A stretch of 64,000 nt of DNA. Source: Streptococcus sanguinis. GTDB taxonomy: Bacteria > Bacillota > Bacilli > Lactobacillales > Streptococcaceae. The position numbers were made by a program, and so were the translations under genes. The notes under the pieces are model-generated. The model had not been told where the DNA came from. It saw only the letters and a program-made list of their open reading frames with translations, and searched no databases. Of this stretch, positions 1-10,637 are shown in pieces. The stretch is from contig CAUUZZ010000001.1 of NCBI GenBank assembly GCA_963549775.1, forward strand, positions 22,919 through 86,918, given 5' to 3'. The first letter of the stretch is position 1, and each line of letters begins with the position of its first letter.

Positions 1-557
1 CCTGTCTCGGAGACGACCTGATAGGCAATTTCCACATCACCATTAATCTGCAGCAACTCCTGCAGCTTGGTCTTATAGTCCGTCACCCGCTCAAAATCTC
101 CCGCTTCCACCTTGGGAATCATGACTTGATAGAGAAAGCTTTTGACTGCTTCCACACCCTTATCCAAGAGCAAGGCGCCTAAAAATGCCTCGAACAAATC
201 ACCTAAAATCGTATCACGATTCCGGCCGCCAGACTTCTCCTCACCGCGTCCCAGCTTGATAAACTGATCAAACTGACAATCACGGGCAAAGCCTGCCAAG
301 CTCTCCTCCCGAACAATCATAGAACGCAGCTTAGATAGATCACCTTCTGGTCTCTTAGGATACTTGGTATAAAGATACTCCGAAATAATCAGTTGTAGAA
401 CAGCGTCTCCTAAAAATTCCAAGCGTTCATTGTGTGAAATTTTTAAGAGGCGGTGCTCATTGGCATAGCTCGTATGGGTAAAAGCTGTTTCCAACAAGGT
501 CTCATCAGAGAAGACCAAGTCAAACTGCTCCAGCAATGCTTTTTTCAAATTTTCCAT
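1..557 (-). CDS. rnc: Ribonuclease III (5' part; runs off the window start)
   Basis: Manual translation from ATG 557: [12 protein letters not shown]...[13 protein letters not shown] (RNase III signature)...DYKTKLQE (start of dsRBD). Confidence 0.97.
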   Translation of the reverse strand, partial: MENLKKALLEQFDLVFSDETLLETAFTHTSYANEHRLLKISHNERLEFLGDAVLQLIISEYLYTKYPKRPEGDLSKLRSMIVREESLAGFARDCQFDQFIKLGRGEEKSGGRNRDTILGDLFEAFLGALLLDKGVEAVKSFLYQVMIPKVEAGDFERVTDYKTKLQELLQINGDVEIAYQVVSET

Positions 558-678
558 TACTATTTTACATCATGCTGACTTCAGTCAGATAAACAGCATG
601 ATACCTTTTCCTTTCCAAAGATATACAGTCTCTATTATAACAAAAAACAGGCGCAAACGCACCTGCTGACAGCGATTT

Positions 679-1038
679 CTATTCCTTATCCGGAATTACT
701 TTAAACAAATAATAGGTGATAAAAACGGTCAGACCCAACAGTCCAATCTTAACCCAAATAATAGGAGCTAGAAAAATGGAAATCCCCATCAAGATATAGA
801 TGGAAACGATAATCTTTTTCTTACGCTCCTTGGCAATCGTTCCCGTCTCTCGAAAATCCGCCACATAGGTCTGGTACATCTTTGTATGATAAAGCCACTT
901 CTCAAAGCGCTTGGAACTGCGCGAAAAGCAGGCAATGGACAAGAGAAGAAATGGCGTTGTCGGCAGGAGAGGCAGAAAAATCCCCAAAACTCCTAACCCT
1001 AAAGATAATAGACCTACCACAAAGTAAATTGGCCGCAT
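679..1038 (-). CDS. YbaN/DUF454-family inner membrane protein
   Basis: GxxGIFLPLLPTTPFLLL motif; hydrophobic. Confidence 0.85.
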   Translation of the reverse strand: MRPIYFVVGLLSLGLGVLGIFLPLLPTTPFLLLSIACFSRSSKRFEKWLYHTKMYQTYVADFRETGTIAKERKKKIIVSIYILMGISIFLAPIIWVKIGLLGLTVFITYYLFKVIPDKE

Positions 1039-1129
1039 ACAAGCTCCTTTACAAAATAAAACCGTTGCTTTTTAAATATTTAATGGATACCACACTAGAG
1101 CAAGAAAACCAAACCTTTCGGTCTGGTGT

Positions 1130-1930
1130 TTAAATACTCGTCAAAGGCGTTGCGGTATCAGGCGAGGTATCATAGACCTGGAAGTCGTGGCCAACCGCCA
1201 TATCAGCTTGAGCCAGTTGATTGACCATGGTCATGTGAGCCAATTCCTTGATATTGTTTTCCTTACTGAGATGGCCCAGATAGATCCGCTTGGTGCGATT
1301 GCCCAGCGTCCGGATCATGGTCTCCGCTCCGTCTTCATTGGACAAGTGACCCATATCCGACAGAATCCGTTGCTTAAGGCTCCAAGGATAGGCACCGCTG
1401 CGGAGAATTTCAATATCATGGTTGCTCTCAATCAGGTACCCGTCGGCATTTTCGATAATCCCAGCCATCCGGTCACTGACATAGCCCGTATCCGTCAGCA
1501 TGACAAAACTCTTGTCATCCTTCATAAAGCGGTAAAACTGTGGACAGGCTGCGTCATGACTAACACCAAAGCTCTCTACATCCAAGTCTCCAAAGGTCTT
1601 GGTCTTGCCCAGTTCAAAGATATGCTTTTGACTAGCATCCAGCTTGCCCAAGTCCTTTTCCATAGCCTTCCAAGTGGCCTCATTAGCATAAATATCTAAA
1701 TTATACTTGCGAGCCAATACACCAACACCATGAATGTGGTCCTTGTGCTCATGAGTCACTAAAATGGCATCCAAATCCTCAGGCTTGCGGCCAATTTCGC
1801 CCAGCAAACTCGTAATTTTCTTGCCCGATAAGCCAGCGTCAACCAGAATCCGCTTTTGGTCTGTTTCCAGATAGAAACAGTTACCGCTTGATCCTGACGC
1901 CAGAATACTGTATTGAAATCCTTTAGTCAT
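1130..1930 (-). CDS. vicX: Metallo-beta-lactamase-fold protein VicX (WalJ)
   Basis: THEHKDH motif; third gene of the vicRK operon. Confidence 0.95.
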   Translation of the reverse strand: MTKGFQYSILASGSSGNCFYLETDQKRILVDAGLSGKKITSLLGEIGRKPEDLDAILVTHEHKDHIHGVGVLARKYNLDIYANEATWKAMEKDLGKLDASQKHIFELGKTKTFGDLDVESFGVSHDAACPQFYRFMKDDKSFVMLTDTGYVSDRMAGIIENADGYLIESNHDIEILRSGAYPWSLKQRILSDMGHLSNEDGAETMIRTLGNRTKRIYLGHLSKENNIKELAHMTMVNQLAQADMAVGHDFQVYDTSPDTATPLTSI

Positions 1931-1939
1931 GTTTACTTT

Positions 1940-3289
1940 CTATATATCATCTTCATTATCCCAGTCGTCATCGCGGACGCCATCATTCTCATAAGGCAAG
2001 ACAATGGTAAAGGTCGAGCCCACACCATACTCACTCTTAGCCCAGATAAATCCCTGATGCTGCTTGATAATTTCCTTGGCAATAGCCAGCCCCAGACCCG
2101 TTCCGCCTTGGGCACGGCTGCGTGCCTTGTCCACTCGATAAAAGCGGTCAAAAATCTTAGGCAAGTCCTGCTTGGGAATTCCCAGACCTTCATCCGCAAT
2201 CGAAAGAATCAACTGCTCATCAGTTGTCTTGATGGAAACAGTAATGGTTCCACCATCCGGCGAATACTTGATGGCATTGTTCATGATATTATCAATCACC
2301 TGAGTCAGCTTATCTGTATCAATCTCCACCCAAATCGGTGTAATGGGATAATCACGGATAATCTCGTATTTCTTGGTCTCGTCTTGATTCTTTATCTTGT
2401 CAAAGCGATTGAGGATAAAAGTTATGAAGGCTGTGAAATTCGTCAGCTCCACTTCCAGATGACTGGTCTCATTGTCAATACGGGACAGACTAAGCAAGTC
2501 CGTCACCATCCGCATCATGCGATTGGTTTCATTGAGTGATACCTTGACAAAGTCCGGCGCTACTGGCTCAGACAAGGCTCCCTCATCCAGGGCTTCCAGA
2601 TAGGACTTAACACTGGTCAACGGAGTCCGTAACTCATGGCTGACGTTGGAGACAAAGAGGCGACGCTCCCGCTCTTCCTTGTCCTGCTCTGTCGTATCAT
2701 GCAAGACAGCTACCAAACCAGAAATGAAGCCCGACTCCCGCCTTACTAAGGCAAAGCGGACTCGCAAGCTCAAGTACTCACCATTTTCATCCTGAGAATC
2801 TATCGTCAGCTCAGGAACATTGGTAATCAGGTCCCTCAAATCATACTCGTCTGAAATCGAAAGCAGATCCAAAATACTCATATTTTGGACCTCATCTCTC
2901 TTAACTCCCAACTGCTTGGTTGCCATATCATTGATAGTGATAATCTGCCCCCGGCGGTTGGTCGCAAGCACGCCATCTGTCATATAGGACAGGATACTGG
3001 AAAGGCGTTTAGTTTCTTGCTCAAGGTTTTCATGTGTCAGTCGAATGACCTCTGAAAGATCATTGATACTGTTGGTCATATCTGTGATTTCTGGACTCCC
3101 TTGCATGTCCAGCACTTCAGAATAGTCACCTGCAATCAAATCTTTAACCTTTTGATTAAGCTGTACAAGCTTTTGGTTATCCCGGCGATTTTCTAATAAA
3201 AGCAAGGCCACAACTACAATGAAGCCGATAATAATGATTGCAAAGACGAAATCCGCAGAAATCACAAATTGTTTAATTGCTTCAATCAT
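1940..3289 (-). CDS. vicK: Sensor histidine kinase VicK (WalK)
   Basis: Single TM, HAMP/PAS, SHELRTP H-box, GGTGLGL G-box. Confidence 0.97.
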   Translation of the reverse strand: MIEAIKQFVISADFVFAIIIIGFIVVVALLLLENRRDNQKLVQLNQKVKDLIAGDYSEVLDMQGSPEITDMTNSINDLSEVIRLTHENLEQETKRLSSILSYMTDGVLATNRRGQIITINDMATKQLGVKRDEVQNMSILDLLSISDEYDLRDLITNVPELTIDSQDENGEYLSLRVRFALVRRESGFISGLVAVLHDTTEQDKEERERRLFVSNVSHELRTPLTSVKSYLEALDEGALSEPVAPDFVKVSLNETNRMMRMVTDLLSLSRIDNETSHLEVELTNFTAFITFILNRFDKIKNQDETKKYEIIRDYPITPIWVEIDTDKLTQVIDNIMNNAIKYSPDGGTITVSIKTTDEQLILSIADEGLGIPKQDLPKIFDRFYRVDKARSRAQGGTGLGLAIAKEIIKQHQGFIWAKSEYGVGSTFTIVLPYENDGVRDDDWDNEDDI

Positions 3290-3983
3290 TATTTCTCATA
3301 TAGTAGCCAACTCCGCGGCGAGTCAAGATATACTCAGGTCGGCTTGGCGTATCTTCAATCTTTTCACGCAGGCGGCGGATCGTCACATCCACTGTACGGA
3401 CATCGCCAAAATAGTCATATCCCCATACCGTTTCCAGTAAATGCTCACGTGTCATCACTTGTCCGATATGTGTCGCCAAATGGTGAAGAAGTTCAAACTC
3501 GCGGTGGGTCAGTTCCAGCTCCTTGCCATGCTTCTTAGCAACAAAAGCATCTGGCAAAATCTGCAGTTCCCCAATGGTCAACTCGTTCGGACCACTTTCT
3601 TCCACTTGGTTTTCCACAACAAGGTCTGCCCGACGAAGAAGTGCCTTGACACGCGCCTGCAGCTCACGATTTGAGAAAGGCTTGGTCACATAGTCATCTG
3701 CACCGATTTCAAGGCCGATAACCTTGTCAAACTCACTGTCCTTAGCAGACAATACAATAATCGGCACATTGCTAGTCTTGCGAATAGTCCTAGCAACTTC
3801 CAGTCCATCCACTTCTGGCAGCATCAAATCCAGAATCAAGATGTCTGGCTGTTCCGCTTCAAACATTTCCAAGGCTTCCTTACCATCAAAGGCAGTCAAA
3901 ACCTCATAGCCTTCCTTGACCATATTAAACTTAATAATATCTGAGATTGGCTTCTCATCATCTACAACTAATATTTTCTTCAT
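3282..3983 (-). CDS. vicR: Response regulator VicR (WalR)
   Basis: OmpR-family receiver plus winged helix; [17 protein letters not shown] start. Confidence 0.97.
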   Translation of the reverse strand: MKKILVVDDEKPISDIIKFNMVKEGYEVLTAFDGKEALEMFEAEQPDILILDLMLPEVDGLEVARTIRKTSNVPIIVLSAKDSEFDKVIGLEIGADDYVTKPFSNRELQARVKALLRRADLVVENQVEESGPNELTIGELQILPDAFVAKKHGKELELTHREFELLHHLATHIGQVMTREHLLETVWGYDYFGDVRTVDVTIRRLREKIEDTPSRPEYILTRRGVGYYMRNND

Positions 3984-4260
3984 ATATTCACCTTAACATA
4001 AGATTGGGATTGAATCAACTCCATGATAGAAAAGTTGTGACATAGTCAGCTAAGTCGTCCTGCATCAAAACGTGCAAAAGGCAATCTAGTTTGCCTAGCT
4101 AGACTCCCAATCCAATTTTATTTATTTATATAGTCTTATTATACCAAAGTTTTCTTAAAAAACACTAATTCAAGCCATTTTTATTCCACATTTGTAGAAA
4201 ATGGACAATTCTCATCCAAAAAAATTTCTCTCTGAATAAAAATAGTCATTTTTATTCAAT

Positions 4261-4309
4261 TTGACAGTTTATTTATTCTATGGTAAAATCTATGTCATAT
4301 TATCTAACA
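4261..4309 (+). promoter_or_regulatory. Sigma-A promoter followed by a GlnR operator
   Basis: TTGACA(4261)-17 nt-TAAAAT(4284) with TG extension; TGTCA-N7-TAACA at 4293-4309 fits the GlnR box TGTNA-N7-TNACA. Confidence 0.8.
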
Positions 4310-4323
4310 CAAAGGAGAAAGAT

Positions 4324-5085
4324 ATGGCTTTAGTTGAATTTAAAAATGTCGAAAAGTATTACGGAGACTACCATGCTCTGCGCAATATCAATCTCAGTTT
4401 TGAAAAAGGGCAAGTAGTTGTACTGCTGGGACCATCTGGCTCAGGAAAATCTACTCTTATCCGTACAATCAACGCTTTAGAAGGTATTGACCAGGGAAGT
4501 CTGATTGTCAACGGCCACGAGGTCGTGAACGCTGCTGCCAAAGATCTGGTCAACTTACGTAAAGAAGTCGGGATGGTCTTTCAACATTTTAATCTTTACC
4601 CCCACAAAACGGTGTTAGAAAATGTTACCTTGGCGCCTATTAAAGTCCTAGGAATGGATAAACAAGAAGCTAAAAAAATCGCTCAAAAATATCTAGAATT
4701 TGTCAACATGTGGGACAAAAAAGACTCTTACCCAGGCATGCTGTCTGGTGGGCAAAAGCAAAGGATTGCCATTGCCCGTGGTTTAGCCATGCACCCTGAG
4801 CTCCTGCTCTTTGATGAACCGACTTCTGCCCTGGACCCTGAAACAATCGGAGATGTTCTGGCTGTTATGCAAAAATTAGCCAAAGACGGTATGAATATGA
4901 TTGTGGTCACACACGAAATGGGCTTTGCCCGTGAGGTAGCCGACCGCATTATCTTCATGGCAGACGGTGAGGTGCTGGTGGATACTACTGATGTTGATGC
5001 TTTCTTTGACAACCCTACCGAACCTCGCGCTAAGCAGTTTCTAAGTAAAATTATCAACCATGAGAGCGATAACGTGCTTTCTTAA
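4324..5085 (+). CDS. glnQ: Polar amino acid (Gln/Glu) ABC transporter ATPase
   Basis: GPSGSGKS, LSGGQKQR, DEPT; AAGGAG SD before ATG 4324. Confidence 0.9.
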   Translation: MALVEFKNVEKYYGDYHALRNINLSFEKGQVVVLLGPSGSGKSTLIRTINALEGIDQGSLIVNGHEVVNAAAKDLVNLRKEVGMVFQHFNLYPHKTVLENVTLAPIKVLGMDKQEAKKIAQKYLEFVNMWDKKDSYPGMLSGGQKQRIAIARGLAMHPELLLFDEPTSALDPETIGDVLAVMQKLAKDGMNMIVVTHEMGFAREVADRIIFMADGEVLVDTTDVDAFFDNPTEPRAKQFLSKIINHESDNVLS

Positions 5086-5099
5086 AAAGGAGAAGACCT

Positions 5100-5912
5100 A
5101 TGAAACTAAAGAAAATAATCATTAGCCTACTCTTACTCCTATTGACTCTAGGCTTGATTCACGCCGCTCCCGCGCAAGCCGATTCCAGTACCAGCCAACA
5201 GGTCAAGGCCATCCAGAAACGTGGAGTCCTCAATGTCGGTGTCAAGCAGGATGTACCTAACTTTGGTTATCTCAATCCTGATAGCAATACTTACAGCGGT
5301 CTAGAAATCGATATTGCAAAGAAAATTGCTAAGGAACTAGGCGTCAAAATCAACTACGTCCCAGTTACCGCACAAACTCGCGGACCACTTCTGGACAATG
5401 GGCAAGTTGATATGGTAATTGCGACTTTTACCATCACAGACGAGCGTAAGGCAATCTATAATTTTACACCCCCTTACTACACCGATGCTTCTGGTTTTCT
5501 AGTTAATAAATCCAGCAAAATTACAGACGTTAAGGACTTGAATAATAAGACTATCGGCGTCGTCCAAGGTTCTATTACTCAAACCTTGCTGGAAGAAATC
5601 GCCCAAGAGAAAAAACTCAACTTCAAATATGTGGAGTTAGGCTCCTACCCTGAACTTGCTGTTTCCTTGCGGGCTCACCGTATTGATGCCATTTCTGTTG
5701 ACAAGTCCATCCTGACCGGCTATGTAAGTTCCAAGTCAAACATTCTGGATTACAGCTTCAAAAAAGCTGATTATGGTGTGGTAACAAAAAAATCTAACAC
5801 TCAATTAAATGACTATGTAAATGGCCTAATCTCTAAATGGAAGGAAAACGGCAGTCTGCAGAAACTTTATGACAAATATGATTTAAAACCATCTGCTTCA
5901 ACAGATGATTAG
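5100..5912 (+). CDS. Amino acid ABC transporter substrate-binding protein (PEB1/GlnH-like)
   Basis: SBP family 3 motifs (GVKQDVPNFG, ATFTITDERK); signal peptide. Confidence 0.9.
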   Translation: MKLKKIIISLLLLLLTLGLIHAAPAQADSSTSQQVKAIQKRGVLNVGVKQDVPNFGYLNPDSNTYSGLEIDIAKKIAKELGVKINYVPVTAQTRGPLLDNGQVDMVIATFTITDERKAIYNFTPPYYTDASGFLVNKSSKITDVKDLNNKTIGVVQGSITQTLLEEIAQEKKLNFKYVELGSYPELAVSLRAHRIDAISVDKSILTGYVSSKSNILDYSFKKADYGVVTKKSNTQLNDYVNGLISKWKENGSLQKLYDKYDLKPSASTDD

Positions 5913-5924
5913 AAAGGAGACCCC

Positions 5925-6605
5925 ATGAGTTTTAGTATTTCTTCTTGGCAGGCCTACTTTGCGGACTTTGGCAAGTTTTTCCAAGGATTCCTCTTTACCT
6001 TAGCCATTTCTATCGGTGCCCTGACCTTGGCTCTTTTACTAGGGATTTTCTTCGGAGCTATCAGCACAGGTAAGCATAAAGTTCTACGTGGTCTAGCTCG
6101 TGTTTTTGTTGAGTTTTATCAGAACACACCACTCTTAGTGCAATTTGTGATTGTCTTTTACGGTCTTCCGCTAGTCAGCAATTACACCATCATGCCCTCA
6201 ATCTATTGGACTGCAGTCCTCTGTGTAGGACTGTATCATGGTGCTTACATCGCTGAAGTCATTCGCTCAGGTATCCAGTCCATTCCTCGCGGGCAGACTG
6301 AAGCTGCACTATCTCAGGGCTTTACCTATGTAGAAACCATGAGATACATCATCCTGCCTCAAGCTTTTCGGATTATCCTGCCACCGTTAATCAATCAGAT
6401 CGTCAATCTGATAAAAAACACTTCTACCGTCGCTATTATCTCTGGTATGGATCTGATGTTCGTGACTAAGTCCTGGTCTGCTTTGAATTCCAACTACATC
6501 CCAGCCTTTGCCGGAGCAGCTCTGCTCTACTTCCTCCTTTGCTTCCCAATCGCTAGCTGGGGACGTAAGGTAGAGGAAGCCAATAAACAAGCTTACAGCA
6601 TCTAA
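5925..6605 (+). CDS. Amino acid ABC transporter permease
   Basis: NTPLLVQ and AEVIRSGI..GQTEAA (EAA loop). Confidence 0.92.
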   Translation: MSFSISSWQAYFADFGKFFQGFLFTLAISIGALTLALLLGIFFGAISTGKHKVLRGLARVFVEFYQNTPLLVQFVIVFYGLPLVSNYTIMPSIYWTAVLCVGLYHGAYIAEVIRSGIQSIPRGQTEAALSQGFTYVETMRYIILPQAFRIILPPLINQIVNLIKNTSTVAIISGMDLMFVTKSWSALNSNYIPAFAGAALLYFLLCFPIASWGRKVEEANKQAYSI

Positions 6606-6615
6606 GGAGGTCTCT

Positions 6616-7275
6616 ATGGAAAATATTTTAAAAGTCTTAACCACAAACAACCTCCTCTTTATCCTTAAGGGGCTCTGGCTGACACTGCAAATTTCTTTCA
6701 TTTCCATTGTCCTATCCACGATTTTTGGAACTATTCTAGCCGTCATGAGAAACGGAAAAAATAAACTGCTCAAGCTGATTGCCAGCATTTATATCGAATT
6801 TGTCCGTAATGTACCTAATCTGCTCTGGATTTTCACCATCTTTTTAGTCTTTCAGATTAAGTCAACGCCAGCCGGTATCATCAGCTTCACTGTCTTTACT
6901 TCGGCTGCTTTGGCAGAAATTATCCGGGGCGGCCTCAATGCCATTGATCCAGGTCAGACTGAAGCTGGCTTATCTCAAGGATTTACTCAGTTTCAGATTC
7001 TGCGTTATATCATCCTACCTCAGGCTATTCGGAAAATGTTGCCAGCCATCATTTCTCAGTTTGTCACAGTGATTAAAGATACCAGCCTGCTCTATTCAGT
7101 TATTGCGCTCCAAGAACTCTTTGGTTCTGCTCAAATTCTAATGGGACGCTATTTTGAAGCTGAACAAGTCTTCGCGCTCTACCTACTAGTAGCAGCCATC
7201 TATTTCCTGATTAACTTCGCTATTTCCAGCTTCTCGCGCAAGCTATCCCAACGCTGGGCTCAAGCTGCAGAATAG
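6616..7275 (+). CDS. Amino acid ABC transporter permease
   Basis: AEIIRGG..GQTEAG EAA loop. Confidence 0.92.
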   Translation: MENILKVLTTNNLLFILKGLWLTLQISFISIVLSTIFGTILAVMRNGKNKLLKLIASIYIEFVRNVPNLLWIFTIFLVFQIKSTPAGIISFTVFTSAALAEIIRGGLNAIDPGQTEAGLSQGFTQFQILRYIILPQAIRKMLPAIISQFVTVIKDTSLLYSVIALQELFGSAQILMGRYFEAEQVFALYLLVAAIYFLINFAISSFSRKLSQRWAQAAE

Positions 7276-7383
7276 ATAGCTCAAATACAGACCTACTGTG
7301 CAAAAGTTGAGTTTACCAACTCAGCTTTTTTATTTTTAATATTTGTGGTAGAATAATATCAAAGGATAGACAAGGAGAACAAT

Positions 7384-7782
7384 ATGAAAAAACTAACATG
7401 GCTTTTCATCACTGTCTTAACACTAATCTTTCTCAGCGCCTGCGGTCAGCACACTAGCTTCCAGGGAAAATGGAAGGCTCAGAAAGCAAACGGAGAGGAC
7501 ATTGACATTATCTTCAATGACAAGACCGGCAAGCTAGGTGATAAAGAATTTCACTATAAGATAGATAAGTCAGGCTATCAAGATAATACTAAATATTATA
7601 GTATCACTGTCAGCGACACCTATCACTACACCATCCTTTTCCCAGATGATGATATGAAAATAGCTACTCTTCTAGAACCTGACGACCCGTCTAGCGACCC
7701 TCTCTATGGGGAAATGCTCTATGCCATGAACCGAAATGAGTATCCTGATTTTGATGATTATGTGGATAAATACTTGAATTAA
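7384..7782 (+). CDS. Small lipoprotein of unknown function
   Basis: AAGGAG SD; lipobox LSAC. Confidence 0.8.
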   Translation: MKKLTWLFITVLTLIFLSACGQHTSFQGKWKAQKANGEDIDIIFNDKTGKLGDKEFHYKIDKSGYQDNTKYYSITVSDTYHYTILFPDDDMKIATLLEPDDPSSDPLYGEMLYAMNRNEYPDFDDYVDKYLN

Positions 7783-7821
7783 AACTAGAAAGACCACTGA
7801 TGTAGTTCAGCGGCCTTTTTA

Positions 7822-8199
7822 TTATTCTTTTTTAAATAGTTTCTCAGCTAGAAAAACAGCATTTAGTACTCTAGGAAATCCAACGTAAGGGATGCACTGC
7901 AAAAATCATTCTATAATCTTTTCGGGGGTTAAGCCAACATTTAAAGCCGCTTGAATATGTACTTCCAGCTGTGCTTCACAACCTCCCTATGTCAAAAGGC
8001 TAGCAAGAGTGACGATTTCTCGCTCCTGTAGATTCAGTCCCTAACGACTATAGATATCGCCAAAAGCAAATTCTACAATATAGTCTCCTAAATCGGGAGC
8101 TATTTCTTTCAGAGAGGAAATGACCTTCTCACCGCCCTCACCATCAATCTGATTGAGTCTTTCCAAGCCACGTTCAAATCGTTTGTTTTTCATTTGCAT
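7822..8199 (-). pseudogene. Carboxymuconolactone decarboxylase (CMD/AhpD-like) family pseudogene
   Basis: AGGAGG SD; one frame reads MQMKNKRFERG...[45 protein letters not shown]...IIE*FLQCIPYVGFPR; stops at 8041, 7987 and 7906. Confidence 0.88.
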
Positions 8200-8225
8200 T
8201 TACCTCCTTAAATGATTACAATGTC

Positions 8226-8256
8226 ATTATAAATCTTAGACCATACTCTAAGTCAA
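8226..8256 (-). promoter_or_regulatory. MerR-type promoter with 19-bp spacer and dyad operator
   Basis: TTGACT(8256-8251)-19 nt-TATAAT(8231-8226); inverted repeat CTTAGA-N6-TCTAAG at 8235-8252. Confidence 0.85.
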
Positions 8257-8276
8257 GAAATCACAGGAGGTTTTTT

Positions 8277-8639
8277 ATGAAAATCGGTCTATTTGCCCAA
8301 AAAGTGAATTTATCAACGCATACGCTCCGATATTATGAGAAACGAGGATTGATTAAAGTTGATAGAGATCAAAGCGGTCAGCGTTTCTATGACGAGAACG
8401 ATCTTGCTTGGGTTCAGTTTATTCAGCGCTTAAAAGATACGGGTATGCATTTGAAAGATATTCAGAGATATGCTGACTTGCGCTACCAGGGTGATGGCAG
8501 CCTGAAAGAACGCTTAGAAATGCTGCAGAAGCACCGCAGTTTTGTTCAAAAACAAATTAAAAATTGGCAAATGTCACTAAAAAAATTAGATAATAAAATT
8601 GAATGGTATCAAGCAGAAATCAGGAATCTTCCTAAATAA
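8277..8639 (+). CDS. MerR-family transcriptional regulator (AdhR/NmlR-like size)
   Basis: HTLRYYEKRGLI...GQRFY MerR HTH. Confidence 0.92.
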   Translation: MKIGLFAQKVNLSTHTLRYYEKRGLIKVDRDQSGQRFYDENDLAWVQFIQRLKDTGMHLKDIQRYADLRYQGDGSLKERLEMLQKHRSFVQKQIKNWQMSLKKLDNKIEWYQAEIRNLPK

Positions 8640-8649
8640 TCTATAAACG

Positions 8650-8674
8650 AAACCCGAGCTAATTGCTCGGGTTT
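8650..8674. terminator. Probable bidirectional intrinsic terminator (merR/thrS)
   Basis: AAACCCGAGC-taatt-GCTCGGGTTT. Confidence 0.75.
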
Positions 8675-8693
8675 AATTGTTTTCTAATGAGTT

Positions 8694-10637
8694 CTACTTT
8701 TCAACACGTGATTTGTTGGCAATGTCTGCTAAGATCTGCTCTACAAATTCGTCTATTGGTATTGTATGTGTTTCTTTTTGACCGTAGCGACGGACATTAA
8801 CAGTACCGTCTTCTACTTCCTTGTCACCAACGATGAGCTGATAAGGAATCTTGCTAGTTTGTGAGGCACGAATCTTGTACTGCATCTTTTCATTACGCTC
8901 ATCCACGTCAGCACGGACACCCTTGTCACGCAGCTTCTTAGCCACTTGCCAAGCATAGTCAATATGGGCTTCGTTAGAAACAGGAATCAAGGTCACTTGA
9001 TGCGGAGCCAGCCAAGTCGGGAAGGCACCCTTGTAATTTTCAATCAAGATGGCTGTAAAGCGCTCCATGGTTGAGATAACTCCACGGTGAATCATAACTG
9101 GGCGATGCTCTTCACCGTCAGCTCCGACATACTTGAGGTCAAAACGCTCTGGCAAGAGGAAGTCCAGCTGGATAGTTGACAGAGTTTCCTCATTTCCTAG
9201 GGCAGTTTTAACCTGGATATCGAGTTTAGGGCCGTAGAAGGCTGCTTCTCCTTCTGCCTCAAAGTAGTCCACACCCATTTCGTCCAAGGCTGCTCGCAGC
9301 ATGGTTTGGGCATTTTCCCACATCTCATCGTTATCAAAATACTTATGCGTATCCTGAGGGTCACGAAGAGACAGACGGAAACGATATTCAGTCAAGTTGA
9401 AGTCAGCGTAAACGTCGATAATCAACTGCAGCGCACGCTGAAATTCTTCTTGAATCTGTTCTGGCGTTACAAACAAGTGGCCATCATTCAAGGACATTTC
9501 ACGTACACGTTGAAGACCAGTCAAAGCACCAGATTTCTCATAGCGGTGCATCATTCCAATCTCAGCAATACGGATTGGAAGCTCACGGTAAGAGTGAACA
9601 TGGTGTTTGTAGACTTGGATGTGGTGAGGGCAGTTCATGGGACGCAGAACAAACTCTTCTCCATCACCCATATCCATGGTTGGGAACATATCCTCTTGGT
9701 AGTGCTCCCAGTGGCCAGAAGTCTTATAAAGCTCCACAGAAGCCAAAGGCGGAGTGTAGACGTGTTGGTAGCCGGAAGCCAACTCTTTGTCAACGATGTA
9801 GCGCTCCAACTCGCGACGAACAGTCGCACCATTTGGCAGCCAGAATGGTAAACCTTGACCCACTTCTTGAGAAATCATGAAGAGATCCAGCTCTTTACCT
9901 AACTTACGGTGGTCACGTTCTTTAGCTTCTTCCCGCATTTGCAGATATTTCTTCAGGTCTTTCTTGTCAAACCAAGCAGTACCATAGACCCGCTGCATCA
10001 TAGCATTGTCGCTGTTCCCGCGCCAGTATGCTCCAGCCACATTCAAGAGGTGGAAGATTTGGATGCGACCTGTAGATGGAACGTGAGGCCCACGGCAGAG
10101 ATCCACATATTCACCCTGACGGTAGATGGTCAAACCGCCCTCATCTTCTGAGTGCTCTTCAATCAATTCCAACTTGTAAGGATCGTTTTTGAAAATTTCA
10201 CGCGCCTCATCCTTGGTCACTTCCTCGCGGATGGATGGGAAGTTTTCTTTGACGATTTTCCTCATTTCTTCTTCGATACGAGGCAGATCTTCATTTGAAA
10301 TTTGCCCTGCTTCATTGTCCGTATCGTAGTAGAAACCATCCTGAATGGCAGGACCAACACCCAAGTGAATATCTGGGAAAAGACGACGAGCTGCTTGTGC
10401 AAACAAGTGAGCAGCAGAGTGACGCAAGATGTCTAAAGCGTCTTCGTGGTCAGGTGTCACGATTTCAATGGCACCATCTTCAGTGATGGCACGAGTCGTA
10501 TCAATCAATTTGCCGTTGAATTTACCAGCCAAAGCTTTTTTAGCCAGGGAATTACTGATAGATTGAGCAATTTCAAAAGTTGTAATACCAGATTCGAATT
10601 CACGCACAGCGCCATCTGGGAAAGTAATCTTAATCAT
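8694..10637 (-). CDS. thrS: Threonine--tRNA ligase
   Basis: TGS domain, [27 protein letters not shown]. Confidence 0.99.
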   Translation of the reverse strand: MIKITFPDGAVREFESGITTFEIAQSISNSLAKKALAGKFNGKLIDTTRAITEDGAIEIVTPDHEDALDILRHSAAHLFAQAARRLFPDIHLGVGPAIQDGFYYDTDNEAGQISNEDLPRIEEEMRKIVKENFPSIREEVTKDEAREIFKNDPYKLELIEEHSEDEGGLTIYRQGEYVDLCRGPHVPSTGRIQIFHLLNVAGAYWRGNSDNAMMQRVYGTAWFDKKDLKKYLQMREEAKERDHRKLGKELDLFMISQEVGQGLPFWLPNGATVRRELERYIVDKELASGYQHVYTPPLASVELYKTSGHWEHYQEDMFPTMDMGDGEEFVLRPMNCPHHIQVYKHHVHSYRELPIRIAEIGMMHRYEKSGALTGLQRVREMSLNDGHLFVTPEQIQEEFQRALQLIIDVYADFNLTEYRFRLSLRDPQDTHKYFDNDEMWENAQTMLRAALDEMGVDYFEAEGEAAFYGPKLDIQVKTALGNEETLSTIQLDFLLPERFDLKYVGADGEEHRPVMIHRGVISTMERFTAILIENYKGAFPTWLAPHQVTLIPVSNEAHIDYAWQVAKKLRDKGVRADVDERNEKMQYKIRASQTSKIPYQLIVGDKEVEDGTVNVRRYGQKETHTIPIDEFVEQILADIANKSRVEK

